Positions 22,340-26,974 of a DNA stretch of 26,974 nucleotides are shown in pieces. This stretch comes from Acidobacteriota bacterium (lineage in GTDB: Bacteria; Acidobacteriota; Blastocatellia; Pyrinomonadales; Pyrinomonadaceae). The stretch covers positions 1-26,974 of the forward strand of contig JABFSB010000248.1 of assembly GCA_013140875.1 (NCBI GenBank), read 5' to 3'. The notes below the pieces were generated by a model. The model searched no databases and was not told the DNA's origin. It saw only the letters and a program-made list of their open reading frames with translations. Position numbers and translations under genes: made by a program. Position 1 is the first letter of the stretch; each line of letters begins with the position of its first letter.

Positions 22340-23347
22340 ATGCACACAGTAATCACGGAAGAAGACGGCGGCGGTTCAATTGTTCGGGTAATTCACGAGA
22401 GCGAAATACTAAAAGGCAATCCGCTTGGCGACGCACACGTTCGCGAACTTTTTGTCTATCTGCCGCCCGGCTACGGCGAATCGAACGAGCATTATCCGTC
22501 GGTTTACTGTCTGACCGGATTTACCGGTCGCGGCAAAATGCTGCTCAACGACAGTGCCTTTACACCGAACCTGCATCAGCGTCTGGATAGTTTGATCGCC
22601 GCGGGTACGATTCGCCCGATGATCGCCGTCATGCCGAATTGCTTCACATACTACGGCGGCTCGCAATACATAAACTCGACGGCGACGGGGAATTACGAGG
22701 ATTACCTGACGAAGGAGATCGTGACGTTTGTCGATGAAAATTTTCGAACGCGGGCCGACAATAATACCCGCGCCGTAATGGGCATATCTTCCGGCGGCTA
22801 CGGCTCATTAATCATGGCCCTGCGTCACGCGGACCTTTTCGGCCTCGCTTGCTCACATGCGGGCGACGCTTATTTCGAACATTGCTACCCGAGCGATTTC
22901 GCGAAGGCATTTCGCGCTATCAAGGGCGATCCTTCGGCGTTTATGAAAAAATTCTGGGCTGCGGAAAAGAAAGGCAAGGACGATTTCGCCGCATTGAACA
23001 CGATCGGCATGTCGGCGTGCTATTCGCCCGACGGCACGTCATTCGATCTGCCGTTCGATCTCGAAACCGGCGAGATGCGGCCTGATGTCTGGGCCCGATG
23101 GCTCGAGCACGACCCGGTCAGGCTTGTGGAAAAGCATGTGGAGAACCTGCAAAGCCTTAAATTGCTTTATTTAGACGCCGGAACGCGAGACGAATTTGCA
23201 CTCGACCTGGGAGCCAAAATATTGTCAAAAAGATTAAACAGCCACGGCATCGATCATATTCACGAAGAATTCGACGACGGACATTTCAGCATCGGTTACC
23301 GTTACAATCGGTCGCTGGAATTGATCGCGCAGCGACTGTCGACTTAG
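22340..23347 (+). CDS. Alpha/beta-hydrolase-fold esterase (enterochelin-esterase-like, putative esterase family)
   Basis: VYLPPGY, YPSVYCLTGF, GGSQYINS, nucleophile GISSGGYG, YLDAGTRDEF, FDDGHF. Confidence 0.9.
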   Translation: MHTVITEEDGGGSIVRVIHESEILKGNPLGDAHVRELFVYLPPGYGESNEHYPSVYCLTGFTGRGKMLLNDSAFTPNLHQRLDSLIAAGTIRPMIAVMPNCFTYYGGSQYINSTATGNYEDYLTKEIVTFVDENFRTRADNNTRAVMGISSGGYGSLIMALRHADLFGLACSHAGDAYFEHCYPSDFAKAFRAIKGDPSAFMKKFWAAEKKGKDDFAALNTIGMSACYSPDGTSFDLPFDLETGEMRPDVWARWLEHDPVRLVEKHVENLQSLKLLYLDAGTRDEFALDLGAKILSKRLNSHGIDHIHEEFDDGHFSIGYRYNRSLELIAQRLST

Positions 23348-23886
23348 GTTACAGCCGAGTTCTTGAATTTTCGTAGGTTCAAAGCGAGCATGATGAACAT
23401 TACGCCGAAGAGTATCGCGTAAGCACCGATAATAAATCCGATGGCGAAAGCTCCGGATGCCGGATTGATCAAAACCAGTACGCCGAAAGCCACGGAAACA
23501 AGACCGCCCAGTATCAGCCACAGTTCGCCCGTTATAACTTTTCGCAGCCGAACTGCCGTAATTATCTCGAAAATTCCGGTAACAACCGCCCACGCCGCGA
23601 TCAGGATCAGCCACGCTTCGCCCATCGCCGCGGGCTGGATCAGCGTAAGAACCCCGATCAAAACTCCAACCGCGCCTTCCAGGATCAACCACCACCAGTT
23701 TTCGCTCTTTACGTTAGATGTGAATGCGGAGATCAAGGCAAAAATGCCGTCGACCAGGGCAAACGCTCCAAAGACGAGCACGAGCGAGAGAAAAGCCGCC
23801 GCCGGAAAGAACAGGGCAGCAACTCCAAAAACAAGCGCAAGAACGCCTCGGAAGAGAAACATCCACCAGTTTCTGGCCAAAAGCAT
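23344..23886 (-). CDS. HdeD/DUF308 family membrane protein
   Basis: RNWWMFLFRGVLALVFG, LVFGAFALVDG, WWWLILEG, WAVVTGIFEI, ILGGLVSVAFG. Confidence 0.9.
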   Translation of the reverse strand: MLLARNWWMFLFRGVLALVFGVAALFFPAAAFLSLVLVFGAFALVDGIFALISAFTSNVKSENWWWLILEGAVGVLIGVLTLIQPAAMGEAWLILIAAWAVVTGIFEIITAVRLRKVITGELWLILGGLVSVAFGVLVLINPASGAFAIGFIIGAYAILFGVMFIMLALNLRKFKNSAVT

Positions 23887-23901
23887 AAGTTGATACCTCC
23901 T

Positions 23902-24273
23902 TCAAAGTTCAGGCTGTGACGATCTTGTTTTTGTTCGTTCGACCTCGCGGGCCATGCGGCCGGTAATCATGTACCAGATCATCTTAAAATCGCTGATGAA
24001 CGACCAGAAAGGATGTTTGAACGTCGCGGGACGATTCTTTTCGACAACAAAATGCGCGAACCACGCGAACGCGTAACCCACGACAAAGAAAAAAGGGAAG
24101 AAGTACCAGCGGCCGGTTGCGATGAAGTAAACAAGAAGGGCAAGACCGATCGTCGTGCCGATCAGGTGGAGCAATCGTGTCAGGGGTTTGCTGTGCTCCT
24201 GCACATAAAAATCCCAAAATTCGGTGTATGTTTGCGGATCGGCGGCCATATGCGTTAACCCGTTCCCCGGCAT
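23902..24273 (-). CDS. DUF962 / Mpo1-like membrane protein
   Basis: FWDFYVQEHSKPLTRLLHLIGT, GYAFAWFAHFVVEKNRPATFKHP, SFISDFKM; alternative start ATG 24249. Confidence 0.9.
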   Translation of the reverse strand: MPGNGLTHMAADPQTYTEFWDFYVQEHSKPLTRLLHLIGTTIGLALLVYFIATGRWYFFPFFFVVGYAFAWFAHFVVEKNRPATFKHPFWSFISDFKMIWYMITGRMAREVERTKTRSSQPEL

Positions 24274-24282
24274 ACTAATACT

Positions 24283-25143
24283 TTACGCCGGTTGTTTCAA
24301 TGTCTTGACGATTGAAGCGGCCTGCTTTATCTCCGGCGTCTTGATCTGTTTTGCCCAACCCAGCTTTTCGAAAATGCGGATGGTGATCCAGTTCATATCG
24401 AACTGATACCAGCGAAGACCGTGTCGTGCCGATGTTGGAAAAGCATGATGATTGTTGTGCCAGCCTTCGCCAAACGTCAACAGAGCGACGAACCAGTTGT
24501 TGGTCGAATCGTCCGTCGTCTCGTGCGGGCGCGAGCCGTAGATGTGCGAAAGCGAATTCACGAACCAAGTGGAGTGCCAACAAACAACTGTTCGCGCAAA
24601 AATTCCCCAGACGATCATCTGCCATCCGCCGATAGCGAAAAAAATTCCGGCGAGAATAATATTCGGCAACAGATAATATCGCGCGATCAACACGTGACCT
24701 TTATCTTTAAGCAGGTCGGGCACGTAGCGTTTTAGCGTTTTTTCATCGTGGTCCTGTGCCGTTCCCCAAAGTGTCCACCCGATCTGTGCCCACCAAAACC
24801 CCAAACGGGTCGAATGTGGGTCTTTTTCGGTTTCGACAAATGAATGATGAATACGGTGAGTCGCCACCCATTTGTCAGGTGAATCCTGCATCGACATCGT
24901 TCCCAGGATAGTCAAAGTGTATTCGAGCCACTTCGGTGCCTTGAAACTGCGGTGCGTTAGTAAGCGATGGAAACCCAGCCCAACGCCCAAACTCCCGACG
25001 ATCCAATAAGTAAGGATAAAAGCCGCCAAATTGGGCCAGCTAAAAGTGAAAATTGCTGGAAGCGCTAAAAGGTGAACGGCCGCAAGGCTTGTCAAGTTTT
25101 TCCAGTTCACACCCGTTCCTGAGTACGTGACGACATTTTGCAT
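24283..25143 (-). CDS. Membrane fatty acid desaturase (delta-9 acyl-CoA/acyl-lipid type)
   Basis: His boxes FHRLLTH, HRIHH, GWHNNHH; VNSLSH; ARHGL..YQFD; SD AAGGGA. Confidence 0.95.
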   Translation of the reverse strand: MQNVVTYSGTGVNWKNLTSLAAVHLLALPAIFTFSWPNLAAFILTYWIVGSLGVGLGFHRLLTHRSFKAPKWLEYTLTILGTMSMQDSPDKWVATHRIHHSFVETEKDPHSTRLGFWWAQIGWTLWGTAQDHDEKTLKRYVPDLLKDKGHVLIARYYLLPNIILAGIFFAIGGWQMIVWGIFARTVVCWHSTWFVNSLSHIYGSRPHETTDDSTNNWFVALLTFGEGWHNNHHAFPTSARHGLRWYQFDMNWITIRIFEKLGWAKQIKTPEIKQAASIVKTLKQPA

Positions 25144-25236
25144 TGAGAATCCCTTTTATCGAAGAATGAGGACACCTTTAGAGTAACAGGTCGGCGACGG
25201 GGAATTGTAATAGTTGGGTAAGAGTGTCGGTGACGC

Positions 25237-25593
25237 TTACTTGAGCTTATCGGCCCTAAACTTAATGATCCTCGCTATCAGATCGTAGGGAATTGGTTCG
25301 CCGATCGGAAACTGAACCGTGCCCTTTCCGCCTTTGTAGGTCGAAAGTTCGGCCCTGAATTCCGCTTGGCCTCTCGGCGCTGGATAAACGCTGACGTGAT
25401 TTTTGAAGGCCGCGAAATAGATCAGTATCCCGTTAAGCCGATACGCCGGAATCTGGTAGCTGATAGATTCTTCCGCCTTCGGTACGGTTTTGCGTACGAG
25501 AGCGCGGATCTTCTTGAGGATCTTTTGCACGTCGTCCGGGAACATCGCAATATATTCATCGACGTCTCTTGGGCCTTGTCCGCGAGGCTTCAT
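25237..25593 (-). CDS. DUF1801 (YdhG-like) protein
   Basis: VDEYIA.FP..VQ..L..IR..V....P.AEE.ISYQIPAY, IYFAAFKNH..VYP, KGGKGTVQFP...PIPYDLI. Confidence 0.9.
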   Translation of the reverse strand: MKPRGQGPRDVDEYIAMFPDDVQKILKKIRALVRKTVPKAEESISYQIPAYRLNGILIYFAAFKNHVSVYPAPRGQAEFRAELSTYKGGKGTVQFPIGEPIPYDLIARIIKFRADKLK

Positions 25594-25629
25594 ATTTCAA
25601 CTCTGTGTTCAATGAACGACGCCTACAAC

Positions 25630-26853
25630 TTATCGGATGGGCTTAACATATTTCGCCGCCGCCAGCTCACCGATCTGTCTGCCCATCGCGGTACCGACTT
25701 CGGTCGAGTTGCGGTAATGCACGCCGTCGTAGATACGGCCGTTCGCTACCTCTTGCATAAAGTCTTCTACCTTCGGCCAACTGTGGATGGCACCGTTTGC
25801 GGTGGGGCTGGAAGTCTTTAGAGTGGGCATCGTTCCGTTTCCGATTTCCGCCTGCAGAACAGTGCCGACCGCGCCGGAGACAATGCAGTGAGCACAAGGA
25901 TACTCAGGGTGCATCGGGGTTTCGATGAATGGCCGCCACGCCGCCTCCCGCTCGGTGGCGTCATTGCCATCGATATCGCCGTTGCGGATCGCGGTGATGG
26001 GCCGCCAGAAGTTGTAGTGATACTTGGCGTCGAAAACTGCGACCATCGCATCGTCCGTGGCCTGGGTAACGGCCATGAAGAGACGGGCGTTATTCGTTAC
26101 GTCGCGTCCGGGCATGTCGGCAACAGACCGCACGATGCCATGATAAATTGCCGGTCCCGTGGCTTCCCAAAAGCGTGCAATCTCGGTTTGCTCATTGGAA
26201 CGACGTAAGCTGTCCTTGCCGCCAAATGTCTTCACTTCATTGTAGTCCCGAGCCCACAACTCACTGGTGAGCTTTGGCGGGGGGCCGGGCCGGAACTGGG
26301 AGGCACTTGTCATCAGCCATGGCTTTCGTTGCGGCCATTGCGGAACGGCCGGTATGATCGTGGGCACGTAAACGCCGGCAATTGTGTAAGGCCGGTATGT
26401 CTCGCCGACCATTGCTCCGTCAGCGGAGCGCATGGACATAACGATCTCAGCGGCCTTTACGCCAACGACAAGGCCATCCGTCTTCGGCTGTCCATCCCCT
26501 ATCTTAGCCAACACCGCCTGATAGATGGACTCGATTTTCGCTTGCTGCGAGGGTACGAGTTTCAACAACGTCGTGCGACTTGCCGCCGCAATGGCCGCAT
26601 CGATCGAAGCTCCCGAAGCAGCGTCTATTTTCAATCCGCTCGTCGGATACCGTTTTGTAATAGCATTTGCCGCTTCGTACATTGCCGTGTGCATGATCGC
26701 CATAACGCGATTCGCCGGTGGAGTTGCTAAACCCGCGTCGCTGACAATTTCGCAGGCTTTAGTGTTCCAATCGGTCACAGCATCGGCCGTAGCGGTAATA
26801 GACGCGGTCAAGATCAACAAGACAATAAGCGATAGCTTGCTGGAGTAATGCAT
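25630..26853 (-). CDS. Secreted vanadium-dependent haloperoxidase / PAP2-superfamily protein
   Basis: Signal peptide (ATA-DAV); three PAP2 motifs: DAKYHYNFWRP (KxxxxxxRP), HPEYPCAH (PSGH equivalent), GRIYDGVHYR (SRxxxxxH equivalent); SD GAGGAGAGG. Confidence 0.85.
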   Translation of the reverse strand: MHYSSKLSLIVLLILTASITATADAVTDWNTKACEIVSDAGLATPPANRVMAIMHTAMYEAANAITKRYPTSGLKIDAASGASIDAAIAAASRTTLLKLVPSQQAKIESIYQAVLAKIGDGQPKTDGLVVGVKAAEIVMSMRSADGAMVGETYRPYTIAGVYVPTIIPAVPQWPQRKPWLMTSASQFRPGPPPKLTSELWARDYNEVKTFGGKDSLRRSNEQTEIARFWEATGPAIYHGIVRSVADMPGRDVTNNARLFMAVTQATDDAMVAVFDAKYHYNFWRPITAIRNGDIDGNDATEREAAWRPFIETPMHPEYPCAHCIVSGAVGTVLQAEIGNGTMPTLKTSSPTANGAIHSWPKVEDFMQEVANGRIYDGVHYRNSTEVGTAMGRQIGELAAAKYVKPIR

Positions 26854-26881
26854 GAAATTCCTCTCCTCACGCTATTTTAAA

Positions 26882-26917
26882 GCAGACTGATTATATGACT
26901 ACTGTTTCAGTCTGCAA
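26882..26917 (-). promoter_or_regulatory. Sigma70 promoter overlapped by a perfect inverted repeat (probable repressor operator) for the haloperoxidase-like gene
   Basis: Minus strand TTGCAG (26917-26912)-N16-TATAAT (26895-26890); perfect arms GCAGACTGA (26882-26890) and TCAGTCTGC (26907-26915). Confidence 0.65.
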
Positions 26918-26974
26918 ATGCCGCGGTCGGTTTTTCGGCGCCGTCGATTTCTTTTTAATCGAGGAGCGTCAACG

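Noticed and set aside
23234-23695. Minus-strand 153-aa ORF and plus-strand 23441..23893
   Set aside because: Alternate-frame or antisense overlaps of the HdeD-like gene.

Overview
Bacterial chromosomal window of moderately high GC. Gene content and style suggest Acidobacteriota, probably Blastocatellia; this is an inference, not a database result. It holds about 30 genes and no rRNA, tRNA, CRISPR array, integrase or transposase that I can see. From left to right: a partial secreted Zn-metalloprotease that the ORF track misses because it runs off the edge; a small ORF behind a sigma54-type promoter; a site-2-protease(CBS)/CDF/cdaA/cdaR operon; a beta-propeller protein; an O-antigen-ligase-like protein with an inserted PDZ domain; hydrolases; a class II photolyase; a Cys-poor Bpt/ATE-family transferase; an oxidative-repair cluster (cytochrome b + Tat/Mo oxidoreductase, Met-rich fasciclin, lipoprotein MsrB, four-Cys YggX, Bcp), in which the cytochrome b/Mo genes and the fasciclin sit behind two back-to-back ECF-type promoters; an AT-richer accessory islet; a PflX-like radical SAM gene; a desaturase + Mpo1-like pair; and a secreted vanadium-haloperoxidase/PAP2-family protein with a likely operator. 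The most unexpected observation is that the last ~27 codons of the radical SAM gene occur three times in tandem (20737-20826 intact, 20017-20105 decayed, 19124-19203 more decayed). The copies differ in a codon-patterned way and each is followed by different cargo (parDE, a decapitated BRO-N gene, a lipoprotein). This looks like a chronological stack of cassette insertions by 3'-end replacement, with no integrase present.
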